A program made the position numbers and the translations under genes. The notes beneath the pieces are model-generated. The model searched no databases. It saw nothing but the letters and a program-made list of their open reading frames with translations, and was not told the origin of the DNA. From the NCBI GenBank assembly GCA_000999025.1, contig LCFM01000001.1:1198-65197 (forward strand): 64,000 bases of DNA, written 5' to 3'. Source of the stretch: Parcubacteria group bacterium GW2011_GWA2_43_13. Lineage in GTDB: Bacteria; Patescibacteriota; Patescibacteriia; UBA9629; GWA2-43-13. This document shows positions 42,114 to 51,953 of the stretch, piece after piece; position 1 is the stretch's first letter, and each line of letters starts with the position of its first letter.

Positions 42114-43211
42114 TCACTTAAAAAGCGAAAGATATGTCTCTATATTATTCAACGTTGCAAGGCGTAAAGCAAGTGGTTCTTGGGATATAAAAAGATGACG
42201 CAGATACGCTTTTGTATATGTCCGCAGTTCTTCTAATTGCGAATCAGAATGTATTGGAGAAAAATCGTTTTTATATTGTTCATTGGTAATGGAGGTGGGG
42301 GCGACAGAGGGAAGATACAACCTTCCATGCCGGGCCTCGCGAGTTGGGATCACGCAATCAAACATATCAATCCCCTTTTTATATGCTTCGATCACTTGTT
42401 CCGGCTTTCCCACACCCATTAAATACCGCGGTTTATCTTCCGGCAAAATCGGAATCACCCAATCAAGAACTTTACGCGCTTCTTCCCACGGCTCGCCAAC
42501 CGATACCCCGCCAATCGCATACCCGTCAAACGGCATATCAACCAATGTTCGCGCGCATTGTTCACGCAAATCCTGATACATCCCACCCTGAACAATGGCA
42601 AACAGTAAATAATCGCCTTTATTTTTTTGTTTATACTTTAACGAACGCTCGGCCCATCGCAGAGTGCGTTCCATATCCTGCCCTGCTTTTTCATGTGTAC
42701 ATGGATATTCAGAACATACATCCAACACCATGCGGATATCAGAACCGATTGTGTCTTGAATTTCCAAAACTCGCTCCGGAGTAAAAAAATGCTTTGCTCC
42801 TGAAATATGATCGCGAAATTCCACACCGTTGTTAGTTATACGAACAAGAGATTTCTCTATCTGGAGAGACGGAGTTAACCCCGTCTCTCCATGACTGCTA
42901 TGACGCTTTATCCTGCCTAACGAAAATACCTGATAGCCACCGCTATCAGTTAAAATCGGCTTATCCCATTTCATAAAGCCATGCAACCCGCCTGCCTCTT
43001 TTAAACACTCTTCCCCGGGGCGCAAGTACATATGATAGGTATTGGAAAGAATAATGGTTGCTCCTAATTGCTCAAGGTCGCGCGTTGTCAGTGACTTTAC
43101 CGCCCCTTTTGTTGCAATAGGCATGAAGAAGGGGGTTCGCAATTCTCCATGTGGTGTTATGATTGCCAACTTTCTTATCATATCTATCAATGCATCGAAA
43201 TAAAAAAGCAA
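42114..43211 (-). CDS. tgt: Queuine tRNA-ribosyltransferase
   Basis: TPHGELRTPFFMP, LTDSGGYQVFSL and a Cys/His zinc site are all TGT-like. Carries an in-frame family A insert (..HGETGLTPSLQ..). Confidence 0.85.
   Translation of the reverse strand: MLFYFDALIDMIRKLAIITPHGELRTPFFMPIATKGAVKSLTTRDLEQLGATIILSNTYHMYLRPGEECLKEAGGLHGFMKWDKPILTDSGGYQVFSLGRIKRHSSHGETGLTPSLQIEKSLVRITNNGVEFRDHISGAKHFFTPERVLEIQDTIGSDIRMVLDVCSEYPCTHEKAGQDMERTLRWAERSLKYKQKNKGDYLLFAIVQGGMYQDLREQCARTLVDMPFDGYAIGGVSVGEPWEEARKVLDWVIPILPEDKPRYLMGVGKPEQVIEAYKKGIDMFDCVIPTREARHGRLYLPSVAPTSITNEQYKNDFSPIHSDSQLEELRTYTKAYLRHLFISQEPLALRLATLNNIETYLSLFK
42863..42890. repeat. Family A repeat inside tgt
   Basis: GGAGAGACGGAGTTAACCCCGTCTCTCC. 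Confidence 0.8.
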
Positions 43212-43267
43212 AAATTAAAAATTAAAATGACAATGTAAATATTGTAAAACATTCTTTAGTATTTACA

Positions 43268-44782
43268 TTAAATTGCTCGATCATCTCCTTGTTGCGGTTG
43301 AGGCGCGGTAATAACTGCCTCTTGCAATTCGCTGGTATACTTAAGCGGAGCTTGAATATCAGGCGATTGCGCCTCAAGTCGCGCTTGAGCTGTCACCTTA
43401 AATTCCGTAATCGTAGCATCAAGAGGAACATCTAAAATATTCACAGAAAAGCTCATAGCCGCGCCATCATTGGTGTTGAATGTCTCAAGTTGAGACAACT
43501 CCTCTTTTGTCCATGTCAAGGTGAGCGATCCTTGTGCTTTTTTCATACTCGGAGTTGAACGTGGGAATCTAAAACTATCACTGTCTATGATCCCTTCTTC
43601 ATCCTCAATAACAACTCTTAAAATTCCGTCTTTCAACACAATATCACTGTGGTTCGTCAGTACCACGGTATAGGCAAGCTCGCCGCCAAATTGCAATACA
43701 TCAGAGGTTGATGTTTGAGAAAGCTGAAGATCAACATCAGGAGTAACAAATGTGGCAATATGAGACACCTGTGCTTGAATAATAAATTGATCATTTTCAA
43801 CAATCCCGACTTGAGCGACAAACTCAAGAGCTTGGTCGCGTTTGCCTGCAACTGTGCCTTTTATGGTAATAACCCCTTCCTGACTTGGAGTCAATACACC
43901 TTGCTCCCAATCATTTTCCCTCGATGGTTCAGGCGTTTTACTGATAATACCCAATCCTTGCGGAGGGACAAGCCGGACCACAATGCCCTGCATATCAGCC
44001 GAACTGGTATTGATATACTTCACGATATAACTCACTTCTTGGCCGTCAATAAATGATGACGGAGCATCCACAGTCATAACAATCACTGAATTTTTGATTT
44101 CTGTTTCAAATTGCGCCTTTTTGCTGAATCTTGAATGAAAATTAAGCGGAGTATACGAAAGCGTCGCTTGTAGTTCTTTTTTTTCACCAACCGAACCTAT
44201 CACCTGTCCGATAATCTCAAGTTTCTTTGTTTCCCCTGGCTCCAAAGACCCAACTTTCCAAATCGTATTATACGAATTCACCGGCTGATCAGGCGCGCTT
44301 CTTAAAAAAATAAACTGATCAGAGTAGCGAAGCACTAATTCAAGGTCGCGCACAAGCACGTTCTCATTATTCGTATACACAACAGTAAAACGCGTTTCTT
44401 CGCCCGAGGCAACTTGCGCATTCCCCTCCAACGCAACCGATACGCCACTTTCAAATTTCCCATCAGGCAATAATTTTACTGAATTAAAATTCACTTGCGA
44501 ATTTTTTATAACATACACCCATACAAACCACGAACCGACGCTCACAACTAATAACGCGATCACCCATACCGTTATCACATGCCATACTCCCGGCGCTTTC
44601 TCAAGTTTGGTAAAGTCCTCTTTTGTCCCACCCTGTTCTTGATAGATTTCTTTGAGCGCTGTGTTTTCTAATTTTTCTTGTTCAGGCGAAACGAGATTCT
44701 CCTGAACGAGTATTTCATTGCTGGTTGATTCTTGTTTCTGTTTCTTGTTTTGAGACATAGAATATAAAAATACAAAATTCAA
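43268..44782 (-). CDS. Membrane-anchored protein with repeated beta-sandwich (DUF11-like) domains
   Basis: One TM (VITVWVIALLVVSVGSWFVWVYVI), then about 3 repeats with ..L.YT.VYTN.. / ..LAYTVVLTNHSD.. patterns. Confidence 0.5.
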   Translation of the reverse strand: MNFVFLYSMSQNKKQKQESTSNEILVQENLVSPEQEKLENTALKEIYQEQGGTKEDFTKLEKAPGVWHVITVWVIALLVVSVGSWFVWVYVIKNSQVNFNSVKLLPDGKFESGVSVALEGNAQVASGEETRFTVVYTNNENVLVRDLELVLRYSDQFIFLRSAPDQPVNSYNTIWKVGSLEPGETKKLEIIGQVIGSVGEKKELQATLSYTPLNFHSRFSKKAQFETEIKNSVIVMTVDAPSSFIDGQEVSYIVKYINTSSADMQGIVVRLVPPQGLGIISKTPEPSRENDWEQGVLTPSQEGVITIKGTVAGKRDQALEFVAQVGIVENDQFIIQAQVSHIATFVTPDVDLQLSQTSTSDVLQFGGELAYTVVLTNHSDIVLKDGILRVVIEDEEGIIDSDSFRFPRSTPSMKKAQGSLTLTWTKEELSQLETFNTNDGAAMSFSVNILDVPLDATITEFKVTAQARLEAQSPDIQAPLKYTSELQEAVITAPQPQQGDDRAI

Positions 44783-44809
44783 AGCACGAAATTCGAAACT
44801 TATAAAATC

Positions 44810-45592
44810 CTAATGAACTACAGGAGAAAAAACCGCGCGATGAAAAAGAATACTGCGAGGAATGACTGCGTCTCCAAGGCAGTATTGATAATAATGTAAA
44901 ATAAGGCGTGCAATGCCTCTGTCTTCAGGTGATAGTGTATCACGCTTGCGCCAAATCGCCAACGGCGCAGTCATTAAAAAATGGAGCGTTTCAAGGCCTT
45001 CTCTGCTTGTTGGCCACATAACAGCAGAAACACCCTCTTTCATGCATTCATTACACACAAATCCTGCTTCGATAAAATGAAAAAAAGACGCTTGTGCTTG
45101 AGCTCCTGACAACTCTGTTTTACACCGCACGCATGCAGTCACGTGAGGAGCAAATCCCAGCAGAGCCATCAATTTCCAAATAACATGGTAAATCAACATG
45201 GGAGGGTGATCAGAATCGTTATTCAACGCATCAAATGCTTGGTGAATATGAGTATACACGGCATAATCCTCAAATCCTGATTTTGTAAGAAGATCAACTG
45301 CTTCAGCAATAACACCAGCGCACGCAAGTCCGGAAAGCGTTGTTTTAAGCGTTGAAAACGCATCTAATGTAATGCTTTGTGTCAAAACATCCCACCGCCT
45401 GCCATCGGCAACCATCAACTTACTGACTGTGTATGGCTCAAGGTGGCCGGCAAGCTTGGAAAGTAATTTTCCAGTCCCCTTGCCTATCACATCAATTTTG
45501 CCATGCTCTTTGGTATAAATCGTAAAAATCCTATCAAAATCACGATAGGGATAATATTTTAACACAATCCCTTCAGTGATGTAGGTGGACAT
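44810..45592 (-). CDS. recO: DNA repair protein RecO
   Basis: N-terminal OB fold (GIVLKYYPYRDFDRIFTIYTKEHGKI) and a C-terminal zinc site (CVRC...CNEC). Confidence 0.75.
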   Translation of the reverse strand: MSTYITEGIVLKYYPYRDFDRIFTIYTKEHGKIDVIGKGTGKLLSKLAGHLEPYTVSKLMVADGRRWDVLTQSITLDAFSTLKTTLSGLACAGVIAEAVDLLTKSGFEDYAVYTHIHQAFDALNNDSDHPPMLIYHVIWKLMALLGFAPHVTACVRCKTELSGAQAQASFFHFIEAGFVCNECMKEGVSAVMWPTSREGLETLHFLMTAPLAIWRKRDTLSPEDRGIARLILHYYQYCLGDAVIPRSILFHRAVFSPVVH

Positions 45593-45620
45593 ATAATGAC
45601 ATGTAACACGTAACAAGTTG

Positions 45621-48605
45621 TTATGTGTTTTTTGTTATGTGTTTTTTGTTTTTTATCGTCAACCGTACACTCATGTTTTCCCCATCTATGTCCAACTCTT
45701 CATCACCAGTGCCTGCGACTATATCACTCGCAATCACCGCCCACTTGATATCCTTGGCATATAATGCCAGCACTCCGCGAAGCGCATCAGAATCAGTCGA
45801 ATATTCAAGCACAATAGAATCATTGATTGTTAATTTCTTTTTTTTGCGAAGCGCGTTAATTTGGCGAGTCAACTCACGCACATATCCTTCTTGTCGCAAT
45901 GATACGTCTATCACAGTCGAAAGCGCGATGACATGGTTCTGCCCGATCCATCCTTCTCCCTGCGGCCACGCATCCTCACTCTTTAGGGTCACTTTTTTTA
46001 CATTAACGCGGTCGGCAATAATATCACGCAAATCATCAGAAATATCATCCGCTATCACCAATTCCGATAATGGTTGACGGACCTTAATTTTTGCTTCAGC
46101 TCGCAACGCAAGCGCATGATCAATAATCTCCCACACGCGGGACATATCAACCAAAACCCCATCCCGATCACTTGAAAAACTCGGCCAGTCAACGCCATGC
46201 ACCGAATCTGCGCCAACAATATCACGGTATACATATTCCGCGATAAACGGAGCAAATGGCGCAATCAATTTTGCGAATTCCATTAACACATATCGCAAGA
46301 CCTCTTTTGACTCCTCATTCCCTTCACGAAACCGATCACGGCTCAACTGAATATAGCCAGTTGAAAGATCGGTCATATATTTCTCAATTTCACGCGCGGC
46401 AGTCACTACCTGATATGATTCCAAATGAGAAGTGACCATATCTATTGTTTCATTCAAACGAGCTATAATCCACTTATCTAAAATATGATGAGGATCTAAC
46501 CTCGACACCTGACCTCCAGCACCCGAAACCTGGTAGAGTTGATAAAATGCCAAACAGTTGACCAAGGGGATAAACATTCTTCTTTGCACTTTTTTCAATT
46601 CTTCTGCATCAAACCGAATCGGCGTACCTGGCTGGCTGACGGTATAAAAATACCATCTGATAGTATCAAAACCGAACTCATCGCCTAATGCGATCGGATC
46701 CACCACATTGCCTTTTGATTTTGACATCTTTTTCCCGTGCTTATCCAATACATGGGCAAAGGTAATGACATTTTTATACGGCGATTCCAATCCCAAAGCA
46801 GTTGCAATGGCTTGCAAGGTATAAAACCACCCACGCGTTTGGTCAATCGCCTCGCTGATGTAATCCGCCGGATATGGGATACGACCAGCAATATTCGTAT
46901 CATTCGCGTACATTCGTGTATTGGCGTCGTATTTCTGAAACGGATAATGATATTGCGCAAATGGCATTGCGCCAGAATCAAACCATACATCAACCACCTC
47001 TGGCACACGCTTCATCTGCTCGCCGGTATCAGGATGAGATAATTCCACTTCATCAAGATACGGCCGGTGATAATCCTTTTCAGCTATCTTGCCACGGAAA
47101 TGTTCAATCGCTTCCCGTATCGCATCTTTTTTCTCTGCTTGGTTTCGCGTCAATCCCAAAAATGTTTCCTCACCGTTCTTAGTAACCCAAATCGGCAATG
47201 GCGTACCCCAATATCGATCGCGCGATAATGCCCAATCCTTCACATTCTCAAGCCACTCTCCCATTCTGCCGTCACGGATATATTCAGGAACCCAGTGAAC
47301 ACTTTTATTGTTCGCTATCAGCTGATCTTTCACCTTTGTCATTGCAATAAAATACGATGGCTTTGCATAGTACAGTAATGGCGTTTCGCACCGCCAGCAA
47401 AACGGATAATCATGTTCATAATCCTCGATGCGCAATAATCTACTTCGTTCTTGAATATCTTGAGTGATCACGCTATCCGCATCTTTTGCAAATAGTCCTT
47501 TCCCAGGCACATCTGCGCTGATAGCGCCTGCAAGATCTACGGTCTGAAAAACAGGCAAGTTCTCCTTGATCCCTACTTCGTAATCATCTTCGCCAAAAGC
47601 CGGAGCAATATGAACGATACCTGACCCATCCGTTGTGCTGACAAATTCCGCTCCAATAACGTGATACGCAAAAGTCGTATCCTGTGCCAAAGCGCTCATA
47701 TCATAGAGTGGCTCGTAGACAATCCCTATCAATTCCTTTCCTAAAAACGTTTTTTCAACTTTATACGGCTCTTTCCCAAATACACCAGCAACCCTGCTCA
47801 ATGCTAACACATAATACTGATCTATTGATGTTACAAGCGCATATTCAATGGTTGAATTCACTGCTAACGCGACATTGCCCGGCAATGTCCATGGAGTCGT
47901 GGTCCATGCAATACACTCCACCTGATCAATCCCCCAATCAACAGGAATATTTTTGATTGGAAATGTTACATATACCGACGGCTCTTTAATTTTTTTATAC
48001 CCTAATGCAAGTTCGTGCGATGACAATGCTGTGCCACACCGCGCGCAATACGGCATCACTTTGTGTCCGCGATACAAAAATCCTTTTTTCCATAATTCTC
48101 CCAGCACCCACCACACGCTTTCGATATATTCATTTGTATATGTGATATAAGGAGTATTCATGTCTAACCAATATGCCATGCGCTCTGTTAAAACCTCAAA
48201 ATCATGCTGATACTCCCACACGCTTTCTTTACACTGCTTATTAAACTCGATGATACTCTGCCGCGAGTCATGTGGTACAATATTTTCTATCTGTTGTTTG
48301 CCTGATATGTTTAATTTTTTTTCCACCTGCAATTCAACAGGAAGTCCGTGCGTATCCCAACCGGCTTTACGCTCTACATGATACCCTTGCATGGTTTTAA
48401 ACCGCGGATATACATCTTTAAACGCGCGCGCCAGCACATGATGAATTCCGGGCTTGCCATTTGCAGTAGGCGGACCTTCATAAAATACAAAGTCGCCAGA
48501 CGGAGCGTCTTTGTGAACTGTTTTTGAAAAAATATCGTGCTTTTTCCAGTATTCCAAAATATCTTTTTCAATGTGAGGAAAATTTGGGATAGACATAGAC
48601 GTCAT
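45621..48605 (-). CDS. ileS: Isoleucyl-tRNA synthetase
   Basis: PPTANGKPGIHHV (HIGH) and KMSKSKGN. Confidence 0.9.
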   Translation of the reverse strand: MTSMSIPNFPHIEKDILEYWKKHDIFSKTVHKDAPSGDFVFYEGPPTANGKPGIHHVLARAFKDVYPRFKTMQGYHVERKAGWDTHGLPVELQVEKKLNISGKQQIENIVPHDSRQSIIEFNKQCKESVWEYQHDFEVLTERMAYWLDMNTPYITYTNEYIESVWWVLGELWKKGFLYRGHKVMPYCARCGTALSSHELALGYKKIKEPSVYVTFPIKNIPVDWGIDQVECIAWTTTPWTLPGNVALAVNSTIEYALVTSIDQYYVLALSRVAGVFGKEPYKVEKTFLGKELIGIVYEPLYDMSALAQDTTFAYHVIGAEFVSTTDGSGIVHIAPAFGEDDYEVGIKENLPVFQTVDLAGAISADVPGKGLFAKDADSVITQDIQERSRLLRIEDYEHDYPFCWRCETPLLYYAKPSYFIAMTKVKDQLIANNKSVHWVPEYIRDGRMGEWLENVKDWALSRDRYWGTPLPIWVTKNGEETFLGLTRNQAEKKDAIREAIEHFRGKIAEKDYHRPYLDEVELSHPDTGEQMKRVPEVVDVWFDSGAMPFAQYHYPFQKYDANTRMYANDTNIAGRIPYPADYISEAIDQTRGWFYTLQAIATALGLESPYKNVITFAHVLDKHGKKMSKSKGNVVDPIALGDEFGFDTIRWYFYTVSQPGTPIRFDAEELKKVQRRMFIPLVNCLAFYQLYQVSGAGGQVSRLDPHHILDKWIIARLNETIDMVTSHLESYQVVTAAREIEKYMTDLSTGYIQLSRDRFREGNEESKEVLRYVLMEFAKLIAPFAPFIAEYVYRDIVGADSVHGVDWPSFSSDRDGVLVDMSRVWEIIDHALALRAEAKIKVRQPLSELVIADDISDDLRDIIADRVNVKKVTLKSEDAWPQGEGWIGQNHVIALSTVIDVSLRQEGYVRELTRQINALRKKKKLTINDSIVLEYSTDSDALRGVLALYAKDIKWAVIASDIVAGTGDEELDIDGENMSVRLTIKNKKHITKNT

Positions 48606-48736
48606 TGTTACATTGTTGGATTATTGAATACCAGCTAACAATAAAGCAACTATACCACTATACCATGCTTTTTCAATAAAAAAGACATGGAGAGGATACC
48701 ATGACTGTTTACCATAAACATATAATTTTTTCAATA

Positions 48737-48783
48737 AAACTATCGCTCCCTCTCCTTGATAAGAAGAGGGTTGGGGTGAGGGT
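48737..48783. repeat. Family B hairpin unit
   Basis: CTCCCTCTCCTTGATAAGAAGAGGGTTGGGGTGAGGG. Confidence 0.65.
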
Positions 48784-48795
48784 ATACACTCCCTA

Positions 48796-49614
48796 TTATT
48801 CATCCAACCGTACCGCGTTGATCATTTTCTCAACAGCCGCATTCATACCTGAAGAAAGCGCATGTGTCCATGACCCGCTTTCATTGGCACCTGTCTCATA
48901 AATCTTAATTCCAGCAACATGTGATTGTTCCTGTTGTTGAATCAGCTCGCGCGCGACGATACGCTCCTGCGCGCGATTCCACTCATCACCCACTTCTCCG
49001 ACTTTTTGCCATATGACTTCAGTTCCGGCTATAATCCGGGCAACAAAACCCTGCGATGGAGGTTGAACTCCTTGAAAAAATCCAATACTGCCTAAAAACG
49101 CGGTTACTGCAAGAATACCAATCAATGAACTTATCAACACTCGCTCTAAAACCGTTTGATTCAACACCAACCTCGTAAACAGCATGCATACCGCGCCGAT
49201 ACGCACCCAAAAAGAAAAAGAATGCTTTGGCGGTTGCGGCACACACATACCCACTGTCTTCTGTGATATATTTTGTACTATTAGTTCTGCCTCAGAGTGT
49301 ACTTGTTTCTTGTTTTGTGTGTATTGTACTGGTGATGTGTATTCTTGTTTTTTCCCGCCAGGAACGGATCCGCCTTTGGCGAAATTATTTGTTTTTTGTC
49401 CACTTGCATTGTACGCTTCTTTTTTTTGTTCCCATGACGATTGATCAATATAATCATCAACCCATGCGCGGGTTGTTACCCACGAGCGGCCCTGTTTCAC
49501 TGCTTTTAATTTCCCCTGACGAGCGCGCAGAGAAAGATATTCTTGGGAATATGGCGTACCCTGCGCCGCTTGAGTTAAAGAAATATATTCTGTTGATTGT
49601 TTTTTTTGTGGCAT
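48796..49614 (-). CDS. Hypothetical membrane protein
   Basis: 272 aa; central TM helices (LISSLIGILAVTAFLGSIGFF). Confidence 0.45.
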   Translation of the reverse strand: MPQKKQSTEYISLTQAAQGTPYSQEYLSLRARQGKLKAVKQGRSWVTTRAWVDDYIDQSSWEQKKEAYNASGQKTNNFAKGGSVPGGKKQEYTSPVQYTQNKKQVHSEAELIVQNISQKTVGMCVPQPPKHSFSFWVRIGAVCMLFTRLVLNQTVLERVLISSLIGILAVTAFLGSIGFFQGVQPPSQGFVARIIAGTEVIWQKVGEVGDEWNRAQERIVARELIQQQEQSHVAGIKIYETGANESGSWTHALSSGMNAAVEKMINAVRLDE

Positions 49615-49749
49615 AAAAAGTATCGGGTAAATTTTCTTTTTTATAGTATATCACCTCTTTACACATACCAACATATCATTTGTCCACACTGCATGACTCA
49701 TTATTGCTATATTGTTACATTGTTGTATTGTTATTATTGATAAATGAAT

Positions 49750-49860
49750 GTAAGACCTCCCCTCTCCTTGGTAAGGAGGGGAGACGCGTCGGTTCCCTCT
49801 CTTTTAAGAAGGAGAGGGTTAGGGTGAGGTATCCCCTCCTTTTTAAGGAGGGGGGAGAAG
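49750..49860. repeat. Cluster of about 3 family B hairpin units upstream of smpB
   Basis: CTCTCCTTGGTAAGGAGGGGAG .. CTCTCTTTTAAGAAGGAGAGGG .. CCCCTCCTTTTTAAGGAGGGGGG. Confidence 0.7.
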
Positions 49861-49876
49861 TGGCGGTATTCTCAAT

Positions 49877-50329
49877 ATGCCAACTATTGCAACAAACAAA
49901 GAAGCTCTGCAGAATTACGAAGTTATGGAAACATCTGAAGCAGGGATTGTGCTCACCGGGCCGGAAGTGCGGAGTGTTAAGCGCGGGTCAATCCAATTAA
50001 AAGGGAGCTATTGCTCCTTGGACGGCAAAGGAGAATTATTTTTAAAAAACGCCCACATCTCCGCGTATAAGCCAGCGGCATCGGTTCAGCGTGATTACAC
50101 ACCAACGCACCGCAGAAAACTTTTACTTTCAAAACAGGAACTGCGATCGCTGATTGGAAAACTTCAAGCAAAAGGAATCACACTGATCCCCTTGCGCGTC
50201 TACACCACGCGCGGGCTTATTAAAGTGGAGCTTGGGTTGTGCAGAGGCAGAAAGACATACGACAAACGCGAACAAAAAAAGAAAAAAGATATCGAACGCG
50301 ATGTCAAAAGAGAGTTGCGGAAAAAATAA
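49877..50329 (+). CDS. smpB: SsrA-binding protein
   Basis: ..NKEALQNYEVMETSEAGIVLTGPEV..G.EL.L...HI..Y.. with a basic C-terminal tail. Confidence 0.85.
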   Translation: MPTIATNKEALQNYEVMETSEAGIVLTGPEVRSVKRGSIQLKGSYCSLDGKGELFLKNAHISAYKPAASVQRDYTPTHRRKLLLSKQELRSLIGKLQAKGITLIPLRVYTTRGLIKVELGLCRGRKTYDKREQKKKKDIERDVKRELRKK

Positions 50330-50339
50330 TGTAGAAATA

Positions 50340-50372
50340 AAAAAACACCCCATAATGGGGTGTTTTTTATCA
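50340..50372. terminator. Bidirectional rho-independent terminator (smpB and rplT converge here)
   Basis: AAAAAACACCCCATAATGGGGTGTTTTTTA. Confidence 0.75.
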
Positions 50373-50373
50373 A

Positions 50374-50718
50374 TTACTCAATGCTCTTTACAATCTTTGT
50401 AAATACTTCGGGATGATTTTTTGCAATATTGGAAAGTACCTTTCTATCCAATTCAACATTCTTTATTTTCAGCGCGTGGATAAACTTTGAATACGATAGC
50501 CCCAATGGTCGCAGTGCCGCGTTCAGGCGGATTTGCCACAGCCGACGGAATGTGCGCTTTTTCTTTCTGCGATCATTATATGCGTGCTGACCAGCTTTCA
50601 TGACTGCGGTTTTCGCAAGTTTTATCTTATTTTTTCTCCCCCAACTAAAACCTTTCGCGCGCTTCATAATGCCAGCGCGGCGTTTTGTGTGCATTGTTCC
50701 TCGTTTAACTCTTGGCAT
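50374..50718 (-). CDS. rplT: 50S ribosomal protein L20
   Basis: MPRVKRGTMHTKRR.. is the canonical L20 N-terminus; start taken at 50718. Confidence 0.9.
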   Translation of the reverse strand: MPRVKRGTMHTKRRAGIMKRAKGFSWGRKNKIKLAKTAVMKAGQHAYNDRRKKKRTFRRLWQIRLNAALRPLGLSYSKFIHALKIKNVELDRKVLSNIAKNHPEVFTKIVKSIE

Positions 50719-50725
50719 ACTCATT

Positions 50726-50808
50726 AAAGGCGACACCAATACGCGAATGTCACACGAATGACACAAATCTTCGCGTCATTCGCGTGTATTCGTGTATTGA
50801 TGTCTCAT
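50726..50808. repeat. About 85-nt leader element upstream of rplT (copy 1 of 2)
   Basis: Near-identical to 51024-51102: ..GCGACACC.ATAC.C.AATG.CACA.ATGACACAAAT.TTCGCGTCATTCGCGTGTATTCGTGTATTG. Confidence 0.7.
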
Positions 50809-50815
50809 TATATTA

Positions 50816-51019
50816 CTAACTGTACGGCAATAACTTTTTAAGATTACCTGCTATCGTATCGCTCACAAGTCCATCACGGCGTTTATTTCGTCTTGCCTTA
50901 CCGGTCTCTCGTGAATTAAAATGGTCCTGACCTGCGGTTCTGTGAACCATCTTGCCACTCTTTTTAACTTTCACCCGCTTTACAGCGGCTTTATGTGTTT
51001 TGAGTTTCATTTTCGGCAT
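50816..51019 (-). CDS. rpmI: 50S ribosomal protein L35
   Basis: MPKMKLKTHKAAVKRVKV... Confidence 0.85.
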   Translation of the reverse strand: MPKMKLKTHKAAVKRVKVKKSGKMVHRTAGQDHFNSRETGKARRNKRRDGLVSDTIAGNLKKLLPYS

Positions 51020-51023
51020 ATAC

Positions 51024-51102
51024 TACGCATTAAATGCGACACCGATACACAAATGACACAAATATTCGCGTCATTCGCGTGTATTCGTGTATTGGTATCG
51101 CA
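51024..51102. repeat. About 85-nt leader element upstream of rpmI (copy 2 of 2)
   Basis: See 50726-50808. Confidence 0.7.
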
Positions 51103-51657
51103 TTAGTCACTTTTTGCTTGTAAAATCATAAACAATTTCGGGCCTTGTGATTGAAGTGGCGTATCAATAGTTGCGTCCTGTGAAAGCATATCGCTAAAGA
51201 TATGAAACACCTCCTCTGCTCGGTCCCGATGCGCCTTCTCTCGACCGCGCATCACAATTTCAGCTTTCACCTTATGTCCTTTTTCAAAAAATTTCAAGGC
51301 CTGCTTCTTGCGAACCTCTAAATCATGCTCTTTCATCCCCACAGAAAGCCGCACTCCCTTTACTTCAACTGCCTTTACTTTTGCCTTTTGCTTTTGCCGT
51401 TTTTTCTGCTCTTGATAGTTAAAACTGCCCCAATTCTCAAATTTGCATACCGGTGGCACTGCAACAGGCGATACTTCTATCAAATCATATCCCCGCTCTT
51501 CTGCCAATGACAAGGCATCTCGGGTTTTCATAACCCCAAGATTATTTCCCGCTTCATCAACAACCCGTACTTCTGGAACGCGAATACGATCATTCACTCG
51601 AAATAATGGCTGTTGTATCTGGCGTCTTTTATAATGACTAACTCGACGTATTCTCAT
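51103..51657 (-). CDS. infC: Translation initiation factor IF-3
   Basis: ..RVPEVRVVDEAGNNLGVMKTRDALSLAEERGYDLIEV.. and C-terminal domain. Confidence 0.85.
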   Translation of the reverse strand: MRIRRVSHYKRRQIQQPLFRVNDRIRVPEVRVVDEAGNNLGVMKTRDALSLAEERGYDLIEVSPVAVPPVCKFENWGSFNYQEQKKRQKQKAKVKAVEVKGVRLSVGMKEHDLEVRKKQALKFFEKGHKVKAEIVMRGREKAHRDRAEEVFHIFSDMLSQDATIDTPLQSQGPKLFMILQAKSD

Positions 51658-51953
51658 CTCGATTCTTGATCATTTGAAGTAGGAATATCCTCCCACCCTA
51701 TTGATCGTAAAAAATGGTGTAATTGATGTTTTAATTGCCGTCTCCCTTTACTAGTTTTAAGAAATTGCTCCCGAACAACCGCATCAATTTTCAATATATA
51801 CACTTCGTAGTATACCAATTTCAATGGTCTTCGCCCCTTCGTTGATATAACCATGCCTTGGTTGTGAACATGGACACGATTTTTGAGATCTGATGAACTC
51901 CCAATATAGAAACCATTATCCTTTGTGCTATGAAGAATATACACATAATACAT
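51654..51953 (-). CDS. Stand-alone GIY-YIG domain protein
   Basis: YYVYILHSTKDNGFYIGSSSDLKNRVHVHN matches the GIY..YIG..R..H.N pattern; 4-nt overlap with infC. Confidence 0.7.
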   Translation of the reverse strand: MYYVYILHSTKDNGFYIGSSSDLKNRVHVHNQGMVISTKGRRPLKLVYYEVYILKIDAVVREQFLKTSKGRRQLKHQLHHFLRSIGWEDIPTSNDQESR

